This document shows positions 23,770-34,422 of a stretch of DNA of 64,000 bases, piece by piece. Position numbers and translations under genes: made by a program. The DNA comes from Naegleria gruberi (taxonomy: Eukaryota): the NCBI GenBank assembly GCA_000004985.1, contig GG738857.1; one strand, written 5' to 3'. Positions within the stretch are counted from its first letter, which is position 1. Each line of letters begins with the position of its first letter. The notes under the pieces were generated by a model. That model was not told the origin of the DNA. It made no database searches and worked only from the letters and a program-made list of their open reading frames with translations.

Positions 23770-24510
23770 TCAGGTATATCATGCCTGTGTTGATTCTTGG
23801 TGTAATTTCACATGTATTAACTCCAAGAATTTCACCACATCATCTCATCATCATTTAAATAATAGTATTAACAGTAATTTTTGGAATTTAATCCTTCATC
23901 ATGATTTGGAAATAATTTTATTATTCGGAAAAATTCAAGTTGGTACATCATCATCGGAACAACTACCAACCATCATCATTGTTATTTATCATCATTATAA
24001 TAGTAATATTTGTGGACTATAAATCTTATAATAGTAATATATTAGTGAAATTCAATACTAAAATCATCATCACTGCCAGATTTATATGATAATTTGGAAA
24101 ACTTTCAATCTAGTATTGCTCAGCATGGTCGATTTCATCAGGTAAAATCACTTCCGAACATTTCCCTATTGATTATCATCATGATAGGTACATGTATATT
24201 TTCAAAATGTACTTGAACCATATCTCAACATGTACTTCACCAACTTGAAAAATGTCTTTATCACTACTATTCAAATACATAATAACAATATATTTATTAT
24301 CAGATTTTCATCATTTTGTGTTTTTGTCAACTTCGGGTTATTCATGGTCACCAATCATGATCCATGCCAAAAGTACACAGCCAATCATCTTGAAACATTA
24401 ATAAACTTTTATTAGTATTATTGTAGATGTACCATATCAATTATTTCGTCTTGTCAAGATTTGGATTTTTCTGTTTTTCATTAAATTTCACATCACCTAC
24501 ATTGTCTCCT
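23770..24510. repeat. ~750-bp dispersed non-coding repeat, copy 2
   Basis: See the 15120-15870 entry. Same orientation, intergenic. Confidence 0.8.
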
Positions 24511-24788
24511 ATGATGAAAAGTATATAGGTAGGACGTAAGCAATACATAGTCGATACTCTATTCATTGTTTGCTGTTTTATGGTGTATTCGAGATTTTGA
24601 AATCTTGAGAAATATCCAGAGGTCATTCACTGAATAATTATAATTCCTCTTTCAATGGAAAGGAATAAAATTGGCATGAGCTTGCAACAAATGAGTTTCC
24701 ATAACAATATGTTTTGCATAAGCAATTATTAGTTTAAATTCCAACTTAAAGGTTGATTTCTAAAAATAAGGTGCTGTTGTATACCTTG

Positions 24789-25259
24789 TTATTCATTAGG
24801 TTGAATTTGTTGAGATTCTTGTGAGATTAGTCTAGTTTCCACACTCGTCACCTCTTCAATTCCCATACCACAAATAGTATTTACATAAAATTCCATATTC
24901 GATTCACAGCCAGTCATTAATATTTCCACAATTTTATCATTCTTCACCATAAATTCCACAATTTCTCCTTCATTATTCGAAACTTTCACGTAATGCCATT
25001 CCTCCTCCGAATATAAACTTTCAAATTTATAATTTTTCTTCTCCACAACCGGCACATACTGTGTTGTTTTTGCTAATTGAATTGTTTCATATGTATCTCC
25101 AGTGAAAATATCAACTCCGCATAAATATGCTTTTTTGGTTCCGTGTCTTCCTGTTTTTTGAAAAAAACAAGTCAATATTTTGCAAGGATTTCCATTGATG
25201 AGAAGATAACTTCCCTTTTTGATTTTATCTGATTCGATGGTGTGAGTGTAAGATTTCAT
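24789..25259 (-). CDS. Translation initiation factor eIF5A paralogue 1, with hypusine-site Lys replaced by Arg
   Basis: Over most of its length the DNA is near-identical to copy 2. It has the conserved eIF5A core, 'NGNPCKILTC..KTG(K/R)HGTKKAYLCGVDIFTGD'. Here the hypusination codon reads AGA (Arg), 'TGRHG', and there is a one-residue insertion 'FFQ'. I take the start as the internal Met 'MKSYTH'. The upstream in-frame Met at 25310 seems unlikely. Confidence 0.75.
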   Translation of the reverse strand: MKSYTHTIESDKIKKGSYLLINGNPCKILTCFFQKTGRHGTKKAYLCGVDIFTGDTYETIQLAKTTQYVPVVEKKNYKFESLYSEEEWHYVKVSNNEGEIVEFMVKNDKIVEILMTGCESNMEFYVNTICGMGIEEVTSVETRLISQESQQIQPNE

Positions 25260-25336
25260 TTTTTTTTGATTGTTTTTTTGTAAATTGCAAATTGAAAATT
25301 GCATCAACAAGTGTTATCAAGTAACAATGAATTCAT

Positions 25337-25386
25337 NNNNNNNNNNNNNNNNNNNNNNNNNNNNNNNNNNNNNNNNNNNNNNNNNN
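25337..25386. other. Assembly gap (N run) between the two eIF5A copies
   Basis: 50 N. Confidence 1.
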
Positions 25387-25522
25387 ATCTGAATCAATGA
25401 ACAATTTAGAAGCAAATGAATCTTGGAGCATTGAAAGAAGGTATTCCAGATTGTGATTTACCATCTTGAGAATAAATAGACCTGTTAATGGGTTGATTTA
25501 AAAATACCTAAATTTCAATTTG

Positions 25523-25990
25523 TTATTCATTTGTTTGAATTTGTTGAGCTTCTTGTGAGATTAGTCTAGTTTCCACACTCGTCACCTCTTCAATTCCCAT
25601 ACCACAAATAGTATTTACATAAAATTCCATATTCGATTCACAGCCAGTCATTAATATTTCCACAATTTTATCATTCTTCACCATAAATTCCACAATTTCT
25701 CCTTCATTATTCGAAACTTTCACGTAATGCCATTCCTCCTCCGAATATAAACTTTCAAATTTATAATTTTTCTTCTCCACAATCGGCACATACTGTGTTG
25801 TTTTTGCAAATTGAATTGTTTCATATGAATCTCCGGTGAAAATATCAACTCCACATAAATAAGCTTTTTTGGTTCCGTGTTTTCCTGTTTTTTGTAAACA
25901 AGTCAATATTTTGCAAGGATTTCCATTGATGAGAAGATAACTTCCCTTTTTGATTTTATCTGTTTCGATGGAGTGAGTGTAAGATTTCAT
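25523..25990 (-). CDS. Translation initiation factor eIF5A (155 aa), canonical
   Basis: Full eIF5A signature including the hypusine loop 'KTGKHGTKKA' (AAA Lys codon) and the C-terminal OB-fold region. Single exon. Confidence 0.9.
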   Translation of the reverse strand: MKSYTHSIETDKIKKGSYLLINGNPCKILTCLQKTGKHGTKKAYLCGVDIFTGDSYETIQFAKTTQYVPIVEKKNYKFESLYSEEEWHYVKVSNNEGEIVEFMVKNDKIVEILMTGCESNMEFYVNTICGMGIEEVTSVETRLISQEAQQIQTNE

Positions 25991-26208
25991 TTTCAGTTTC
26001 GAATTTTTTTTTGATTGTTTTTTGAAAAATGCAAATTGAAAATTACATCATCAATACGTGTGACAATCTTGAAACTCCACTCTTGCCAATTGCTCTTCAT
26101 GAATTTTAACACCAAACATTTTGAATTTCTTTGAACTGTTAGTATTCGATAAATTAGTATGTTAATTTAACAAAAATTTCCCGCTCAATTCCAAACATCC
26201 AAAAAAAA

Positions 26209-29200
26209 ATGTCTCTCCAAATCAAAGCCCTCACACGCTCACTGCATGTTCTGATGATGTTATGTTTGATAATGATGATCATTGTGATGGAGGGCAATTT
26301 TATTTCCTCCGAATTATTACTGAACAATGATAAATTTCGAATACGTGATGATCACGAAAATGTACTAAATTATATGAGGAGGAAAGCCTTGAGTAGTTGG
26401 GAAAATGATGATCAAATGATGATGGAAAATTCAAATCAAATATTGTTGAATGATTCCGATGCCAGTGGTGTTGTTATTAGTAATAACAGCAGCACTATTC
26501 CAAATATATTTTATTTAAATACTAATATTCCGACCATTAATAATGCATCATCTTTAAATTGTAATAATATTTCGAATCCTTGTACGAAAGGATCACAAAT
26601 TTTAAATTATTTCTATGAAAATTTAGTTTACAAGACGGATAGTATTGATGTTTATGTGATTGGCAATTTGACAGATTGTTTTGATGGGACTGACAGATCG
26701 AATTCCTCCACAAGTAATTTATTAACAATGCGGCTGATAGGTCAAGATCCTAATCAATATTCCTATATGAATTGCAACATGAGATTATTATTTACAAATG
26801 TCTATTTTCATTACTTTAACCTTTACAAATATGATGTGAAAAATTTGAATACAGTAGGATTTGTGAATTGTAACATTAATTCAGTGAATGGAGATGAAAA
26901 AATTGAAACTGGAAAGTTAGTAATACGAAACTCAATTTCTAGGAACTCTAATTTTGAGACTACTAGTGTAGTGGATATTGACAAATTTGTCATGATTGAA
27001 AGTGATTTGAAAGTTTTCTTTCATGATCTGTATTTTTGGAAATCAAGATTTCTGACAGTTAATACTCTTAATAATTCTTTATTTGTGGATAGTTCAATAG
27101 AGTTGAATAGATTGTCAATGGTAGCAGTTGAAAATAGCAGATTCGAGAGATCTCAATTAACTGCTGTTTACCTATCCGCTTTGGAAATCAATAATTGTAC
27201 AGTATACGAAACTGTGAGATGGCTACGATTGAAAGGAACTATTCTCTTATCTCTAGAGAACAGTGTCATTAGTGAGAGTCCATACGACTCATCGAGTAAG
27301 GGAATTATAGAATCAATATTATCGAGCTATATTCACATTAACCAGTGTAAATTTCTTTCCAATAACAATATAGCAGTTTATGTGGACGAAACTGGTTTCT
27401 TCCATACGAGAAAATCGTTATTTAGTAATAATTTGGGGGCTGTATATATTGGAGAAATAGTTAACTTGGGAGATGTATTAACTGGAGTCCATATTATATC
27501 ATCCACATTTTCAAGAAACTTTGGAGTAAATGGTGGTGCCATAACTCTTCCCAACACAACTAGTGAAATATTTCGTTGTGAATTTTATGCAAATATTGCT
27601 CAAGCAGGAGGTGCAATTTTTTCCACTTCTGGTGAATTGAACATACTCAACAGCATCTTTGAAGAAAATCATGCTTTTTATTCTCCTTCATGTCCCACTC
27701 CATTTTGTGGAAGAGGAGGAGCCATCTATGCTCAAAACCCAATTCTTTTAAATATTGACTCTAAAAACACTTTCCGTAGAAACTATGCAAGAGATGGAGG
27801 CGCAATTTATGTTGATATTTATGATGACAATGAATTCTGGAAATCATGGATTTTAGTACTGAACTGTTTAGAAAACTCTGCAACCTTTTATGGAGATTGT
27901 TTTTATTCGAAACAAGATATGAAAGAACATGATTTTCTAAAAATTTTAAAGAACTCTCCAAATGCATTAGGTTCTTCTAAATTAACAATTGTGGACGTCA
28001 AACCAAGCTCCCTTGAAGTATATCCAGGTCAGAAAGCATCCATAGCTTTGACTATTATGGATGGGTTCAATAATACTTTACAAAAGCTGCAAACACAACC
28101 AGTAATAGCGAGCTCAGATCCTGGAGTAGCATTTCAGACATTTTTTGAAAATACCACATTCACCATCTCTCTACAAGTTACTAATCACAATACCACCTCA
28201 GCTGTGGCTTCATTTTATGTTGGAGAAGCAAATGTTAACATTACTGTCAAAATCATACCATGCCCAGATGGCTATTCATTAGTTAATTATTCTGCATCAG
28301 AAACAAGCAAGAGATTGTGCCTCAAAAATCCTGATCCACCACTCCATATCATTTTACCAGCTATTTTTTCAAGTATAATATTGTTCATTGTTGGAATCTT
28401 GTTGGGAATTTTAATAATATATCTAGGTTGGAATATTAATGAAAAGTTGAAACGTCTCAAGAAAAAGGAGAAGGCTGAAAAGAACTTGGCTCAGCGTCTT
28501 GTTGATAAGCAAGTTATCTTTTCAGAAAACAATGAGTTGAATCCATCAACAGATCTAAAGACGTCACTATTGGGAAGCTATTATGCCAACAGTCAAGGAT
28601 CCTCTTCATCTGGAAAGAATAGAAAAATTAAGGAGAAAATTAGGATGCAAGCAGAGCAAAACTATTTAATTCCAATAGAAAATATTGATATTGTTCGAAA
28701 AATTGCTGAAGGAGCAAATGGCATCGTATACCTCGGGAAATGGCTTGGCACTGAAGTTGCTATGAAGAGCTTGAAATTGGAATATGTTACGGAAGAGGAG
28801 AATGAGGAATTTGAAAAGGAGGCAGCATTATTGAAATCCCTTAAACACCCAAATATTGTCACCAGTTTTGGCGTTTGTATGAGTGGAAATATTAAATACA
28901 TGATTGTGGAATACATGCCAAGAGGAAGCTTGGACAGGGCAATTTATCAATCTAGAACTGGAGCTCAAATACTCAAATTGAAACAAAAAGTGAATATCCT
29001 TCTTGGAGTTGCAAACGGTATGAACTATTTACACTCTCTTAAACCATATAGTATCATACATAGAGATTTGAAACCTGGAAACATTTTGCTTGATCATAAT
29101 TTATCAAGTAAGGTAACAGATTTTGGACTCTCCAAAATTATAGGAGGAAATTCTACCAACACAATGACTACAGCACTGGGAACTTTATTTTACATGAGGT

Positions 29201-29658
29201 GAGTTGTTTAATTTAACTTTGGTTATAAGAATAACAATAGTCCTGAGATTCTAGGTGCAGACAGTCCAAGTGAATTCTCAACCAAGCTCGATGTCTATAG
29301 TTTTGCAATCATCATGTACGAGCTGATGTTTGAAGAATCTCCTTATTTAAATCACAAATCGCAAAAGATTTACAGATTCATCACACCCAATACTAACACT
29401 GAAAATCCTTTCAATATTCCAACTAAAGTGGTAAAGGGATTGAGACCTACCATTCCATTTTCATCCCTAGAAGAGCAGTATATTTGGATAGAGGAATTTG
29501 TTCTTCCTAGAGAACCAGAGATGGATGTTCAAATTGTTTCGAACGTATTTTCATTATTTATCGATTTGATGATTGAATGTTGGAGTGGAAAAGCTCAAGA
29601 AAGGCCAGATTTTGGAGAAATTTCCGAAAGATTAGGTGAAATGTTGAGAACATTATAG
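26209..29658 (+). CDS. Receptor-like Ser/Thr protein kinase: signal peptide, PMP/β-helix-repeat ectodomain, TM helix and kinase domain (2 exons)
   Basis: Exon 1 is 26209..29198 and exon 2 is 29241..29658. The 42-bp intron, 29199-29240, runs GTGAGT...AG and splits the kinase 'SPE' (APE) motif. Splicing restores '...GTLFYMSPEILGADSPSEFSTKLDVYSF'. The ectodomain has repeated 'GGAI(Y/F)' motifs (PMP-type right-handed β-helix repeats). The TM helix is 'ILPAIFSSIILFIVGILLGILIIYLGW'. The kinase motifs are GxGxxG-like 'IAEGANGIVY', 'VAMKSLK', 'HRDLKPGNILLD' and 'DFGLS'. Confidence 0.8.
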
Positions 29659-29698
29659 AGGCTCAATTCACGGGAAAGAAAATAATTTATGAAGAATG

Positions 29699-30487
29699 TT
29701 AAATGTACTTATTCTTCTTAATCAAAGGTTGTGAAAAAACTGGTGTAGAAACCAATTCGTCTTGTTTTCTCTTTTTAGAGCCAGGCGAATCACTATAAAC
29801 TATAGTATCATCCTTAATTCCATAAGTTTGAATAGCTTCAAGAAGAGAAGCATGCTTAGATTGTCTCTGAATAATTTCCACCTCCACAGGAACACTGAAA
29901 TGACTATAATCAATGAATAGGCGAATTAAATCTGTCGATTCAAAGAATTTAGTCGAGGCCAATGACTTGTAATCCTTAAAGAAATCAATCAGAGCTACCT
30001 TGTGTTCCTTTAAGAATCTCTTCTTTCCTGATTGATTAGCACTCGACAATGATGATGATTGTTGATATATAGTCTTTGGTTTTTTTTCCACATCCTTTAT
30101 CATATCCAAAACCGCTTTACTATTTCGATTTCTGAAAATTACTTCATTTGTAATTGTTAATCCATTCATCTTGACAAATATCGAGATCAAGTCATCGGTA
30201 TCAAAGAACTTTTCAACCAATGTAGGATAACTCTCAAAGAAGGCTTTCAATTTATCCTTTACTTCCTTTGTGAATTGAATAACCTTCTTTGGAGCAGTTT
30301 CATCCTCTTGATCATCTTGCTGTGCATTAGAAAGACTTGCCAATTCCGGAGGATAATGTACAGTAACTTTAACTCCCAACAATTCCAATGATGATATTAA
30401 ATTCCTTGCAATGCTAATGGCATTTTGCACGAGGGAAACTGGTTGATGTGATGAAGTGGCTTCCGATGAAGTAGAACTTCGACGCAT
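29699..30487 (-). CDS. Hypothetical protein (262 aa) with two internal ~65-aa repeats
   Basis: Clean ORF. Two homologous halves: '...KLKAFFESYPTLVEKFFDTDDLISIFVKMNGLTITNEVIF' and '...ALIDFFKDYKSLASTKFFESTDLIRLFIDYSHFSVPVEVEI'. Confidence 0.5.
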   Translation of the reverse strand: MRRSSTSSEATSSHQPVSLVQNAISIARNLISSLELLGVKVTVHYPPELASLSNAQQDDQEDETAPKKVIQFTKEVKDKLKAFFESYPTLVEKFFDTDDLISIFVKMNGLTITNEVIFRNRNSKAVLDMIKDVEKKPKTIYQQSSSLSSANQSGKKRFLKEHKVALIDFFKDYKSLASTKFFESTDLIRLFIDYSHFSVPVEVEIIQRQSKHASLLEAIQTYGIKDDTIVYSDSPGSKKRKQDELVSTPVFSQPLIKKNKYI

Positions 30488-31479
30488 TTTTGTGATGACG
30501 GAATTTTTGATTATTTATTATTAATATGTGGTAGTAATTGTTATAATTATTTCTTCTTTGATAATTGCTGAATTTGACATTATATATTCATCATGTGAAG
30601 AGTAGGCGGCGAGACCCTTTGGTATTAGATTTGGTGAATTAACAAATAGACTACGGACATCTTCATGTTAGTAGCATGAGTCTTTTTGTACACCAATAAA
30701 ATAGCCAGTTGATACCTTGCATTGATGATGATGATTGGAACGATATTTGATGAAGTGGTTCTACCAACTGCCAAACGATTATTGTTCTCACATAATACAA
30801 GTTTTTTTTTGAAAATTTTTTAACAGCGGTTGTTCAACATCAAAAAAATACAGCAAAGAATTTATTTGTCTTGTTCCTTTGATGATTTTCAAAGGCAATT
30901 CTTCATCATCGTAAAAACTATTAATTGTACAACATGATAGGATAGTTTGGAAGCAGTGGTATATGAATTTGGAGGATTTGGACTTGAATTGTGGACTTGG
31001 AAAGGCAATGATTAAATTTATATATATTGCAACTTTTGATGAGTTGATGTATAAAAAGCACACATTATCTATATTGCTACAACAATCAAACAGCTGCAAA
31101 CACTTCCTTTCAAGAATAACATCATCAATAATATTAATTTTATTATTTTCATCACGATGAACAGAGATCAAGATGAATGTGTTGATGTTGAACAAGAAAA
31201 CCATGATGAAGGTAATTCTTCTTTAAATCATTACTAATATCATCCGAGAAGGTTCACAGCTTTTCTTCCACAGTACAAGTAGTTGCAGACTTGGAGATAT
31301 GCAAGTATTTCCCTCCTTTCCAAAAAGATAAGAATTGGAAACTCTCTACATTGGACTAATATTAAGGTATGATGAATTTTGAAATGGAAATTGTTGGAAG
31401 TAACATAAACAACATTGTTGTTTGGCCCAGAAGAATGATACAAGTTTCCATTGTCTAATACTTTCAAACTTTTGGACGA

Positions 31480-32637
31480 TTAATACTGATCTAGACAATA
31501 CTCTTTCAATTCTTTCAGTTGTTCATAAATTTCCTTTGCTCCTTCAATTCCAATAGGATTTCCATGAATTCGAAGATGGGTTAATGCTTTCATTGTTGAA
31601 ATGGCTTTTGCTCCTTCGTATCCAATATTATTTGAATAAAGAGAAAGATCTGTTAACTTTTCAAGAGTTATTAGAAACTTGGCTCCTGCATCACCAATAT
31701 TATTTTCACAAAGTTTAAGAATTCTTAATTGTTTCAATTTTTCAGAAATAAACTTGACTCCATGTTCATCAATTCTAGTCGTTTGAAGGGAAAGATTTGT
31801 CAGAGAAATTATTCCACTTATGAATTTGACTCCTTCATTACCTAAATCATTTTGATTCATGTTCAATTCAGTTAATTTTGGTAATTTGCTAATAAATTGA
31901 GCTCCTACATAACTAATACTATTGAATGAAAGGTTTAGAATAGCGAGATTAGGTAAATCACTCACAAACTTGGCTCCTACATCACCAATCGCATTGGTAC
32001 TGATATTTAGTTCGGTCAATTGAGTCATTTTTCTTAATAACATAGCACCCCTGAAACCAATGACATTATTAAAGACACTTAAAGCAGTCAATTTATCCAA
32101 TTTTCTGATATATTGAACTCCTTCCACTCCGAGTTGATTCGTTCCAATGTCAAGTTTAGTCAATTGTTTCATTTCACTTATATATTTAGCTCCTTGTTTT
32201 CCCATTTTATTATTAGCAATATTCAGACTGGTCAACTGATTCAATTCGCTAATAATTTTAGTTCCTTCTAGTCCAATTTGATTGATCTCCAGCTCTGTTA
32301 ATTGTTTCAGTTGACTAATTGCTTTAGCTCCTTCAATTCCAATTCTATTCCAAGATATTACAAGTCTAGTCAATTGTTGCAGTTGATCAATAAATGTAAC
32401 CAATGTAGATGCACCTTGGCCTTTTCCAATAGAACATCCAGTAACATCAAGATCAGTCAACTGTCTCATATTACAAATTGATTTAATGTCCTCTTCATCC
32501 ATTCCAATGTATGCAATGGAAAGAGTTTTCAATTTTTTCATATTCATTAGAATACTGCACCATGGTTTAATTTTCATATTGTGAAACTCTACTTGTTCGA
32601 AACAGTTTAGAAATTGACTTTGGATTCGGTTGACCAT
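31480..32637 (-). CDS. Leucine-rich-repeat protein, RNI-like 24-residue repeats (385 aa)
   Basis: About 11 tandem repeats of the form 'LTxLxIxxNxIGxxGAKxISxLKQ', for example 'LTSLNIANNKMGKQGAKYISEMKQ'. Confidence 0.7.
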   Translation of the reverse strand: MVNRIQSQFLNCFEQVEFHNMKIKPWCSILMNMKKLKTLSIAYIGMDEEDIKSICNMRQLTDLDVTGCSIGKGQGASTLVTFIDQLQQLTRLVISWNRIGIEGAKAISQLKQLTELEINQIGLEGTKIISELNQLTSLNIANNKMGKQGAKYISEMKQLTKLDIGTNQLGVEGVQYIRKLDKLTALSVFNNVIGFRGAMLLRKMTQLTELNISTNAIGDVGAKFVSDLPNLAILNLSFNSISYVGAQFISKLPKLTELNMNQNDLGNEGVKFISGIISLTNLSLQTTRIDEHGVKFISEKLKQLRILKLCENNIGDAGAKFLITLEKLTDLSLYSNNIGYEGAKAISTMKALTHLRIHGNPIGIEGAKEIYEQLKELKEYCLDQY

Positions 32638-33003
32638 TTTACTGTCAATTGAAAGTGAAAATTTTGATCGTTCTTGGATGACTTTTAGGAATTGTTTGGA
32701 TACGAGAGCACAGTTTCTAATAAGAAATTTGGGATTATCGGAAAGAAAGGAAAATATTTCGAAACAAGCATCATCCGAAAATATTTCTAATAATTTTTTT
32801 TAAATATTCACTATCTGAAACAAACCTTCTGAATTTACAAATTCCATTTTGTCGAAAGGTTTCGTCTTGTTTAGTTCCATTTTTTTAAATTTTTTTTACC
32901 AATTAATTAAATTAACAAAGAAATTGTAAACAGATTATGATATTTATTGAAAATGGTTGTAATCAATTTTAACAAGTTAAACTGTCAATAATCACAAAAA
33001 AAA

Positions 33004-34422
33004 ATGTCATCACATCAACTGCCACACATCATCTCACTGTTCTCGATTATAATCCTCATCATATCTTCAATCCACTGCGAACAATTCGTCTTGGGTGGCT
33101 CATTCACCATGAAATCCAGAACATCAGACTCATCTGTCACCAATCACTTTATTAAAAATCTTGCACTGTACAATACAAAAAACAATGAACTGTCAGCATT
33201 TTATAATATCCCACCTGATGGCCCCATTAACGTAATTTATTATGAACCTCGTTGTGATATGATGTTTATCGGAGGAAAATTCACAACCATTGATGGAGTG
33301 AAAAGTGGACCCATTGCTGTGAAATTATTGGCGAGTAGTGGAGGAAACACAACTCAAAATCAGTGGCAATCGTTGGGTGTATTTGATAGAGATATATGTA
33401 TGGGGGAATGGTCGGATGGAGCTGAGATTATGGATATTGAATTGTACTTTTCAAATTTTGTAAAAAGTTGTCAACCAAGTATTGTAATGGTTGGTAAATT
33501 TACAAAGGCAGCTGGTATTAGAAATTTGAATAATATTGTCATGTTGGATACGAAGAGTTTGAAATGGGAAGTGTATGCTGGAGGAAATAATTTGAATGGA
33601 TCTTCGTTTAATGGAATTAGGGCAAATTCATTGAGAGCTGCTCTGTATCATGATGATTCGTATTTGTACGTTGGAGGTGATTTTGATGGATATTTCAAAA
33701 GATATAAGGATCAGAAATGGGAAACTCTTCTTCAGGGACAATTGGATGGTCCAGTAACTACCATTTCAATTCAGAATAATCATATTTATGAGGATATCAT
33801 TGTTGTGGGAGGTCAATTCACAGTTCCTAAGCAGTACATGTTTCTATTCAAGCCATCGAAGAGTGTTAATTATGTGAGACATTTTAAAAAACCAACCAAA
33901 TTGATTGCACCATCAGTTGAATTCCTAACTGCCAATCAGACAAGTAGGAGAGGTGTGAAACAACTTGTGGTGAGTGGAGATCAATTGTTTGCAGGTGGTG
34001 CTTTTTCACATGAATCTGCAACCAATGGAATTTACAATAATTATCTGAGTTTAACTATTGAGGGATATGTAGCAGCCTCTTCTGAAACTTTGAACACTGT
34101 CTTTGAGAATAGTACAGTGTCGTCAATGGGCAAGTGTAAACCTCCATATAGATCTTGTAAGAGAGGATCTGTGGCTATCATCAAGAGGGATTTTATTTAT
34201 TATCCTGAAGAGAAGGGATATTATTATGATCCAGATCTGACATTATGCATTCATAGATCAGTGAATGATATTGACCAATTTAAACTTGCTATTGAAGGTG
34301 AGGAAGATACTGTGAATGATGTCATGTTCTTACCTTATGCTGCATCGAATTGGATTCAATCATCCTTACTGCTAACAGTTTTTTGTTTAATGAATGCATT
34401 GACATTTATTTATACTATATAA
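33004..34422 (+). CDS. Secreted, probably GPI-anchored Kelch-like β-propeller protein (472 aa)
   Basis: N-terminal signal peptide 'MSSHQLPHIISLFSIIILIISSIHC'. Recurrent 'GGxF' blade motifs: 'FIGGKFTTIDG', 'YVGGDFDGYF', 'VVGGQFTV', 'FAGGAFSH'. The C-terminus is a short hydrophobic tail ending at the stop, a GPI-signal-like arrangement. Confidence 0.55.
   Translation: MSSHQLPHIISLFSIIILIISSIHCEQFVLGGSFTMKSRTSDSSVTNHFIKNLALYNTKNNELSAFYNIPPDGPINVIYYEPRCDMMFIGGKFTTIDGVKSGPIAVKLLASSGGNTTQNQWQSLGVFDRDICMGEWSDGAEIMDIELYFSNFVKSCQPSIVMVGKFTKAAGIRNLNNIVMLDTKSLKWEVYAGGNNLNGSSFNGIRANSLRAALYHDDSYLYVGGDFDGYFKRYKDQKWETLLQGQLDGPVTTISIQNNHIYEDIIVVGGQFTVPKQYMFLFKPSKSVNYVRHFKKPTKLIAPSVEFLTANQTSRRGVKQLVVSGDQLFAGGAFSHESATNGIYNNYLSLTIEGYVAASSETLNTVFENSTVSSMGKCKPPYRSCKRGSVAIIKRDFIYYPEEKGYYYDPDLTLCIHRSVNDIDQFKLAIEGEEDTVNDVMFLPYAASNWIQSSLLLTVFCLMNALTFIYTI

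Noticed and set aside
24789-25990. Possibility that the two eIF5A copies are an assembly duplication (haplotigs) around the 50-N gap
   Set aside because: The copies differ by an in-frame codon insertion, several amino-acid replacements and different 5' flanks, so they are not a simple collapsed or duplicated read artefact. I kept this as a caveat in the finding.
30788-31467. ORFs 30788..31204 (138 aa) and 31240..31467 (75 aa) in the gap between the 262-aa gene and the LRR gene
   Set aside because: No recognisable motif, atypical composition and ambiguous starts. They could be a real small gene or a UTR. I did not annotate them for lack of support.
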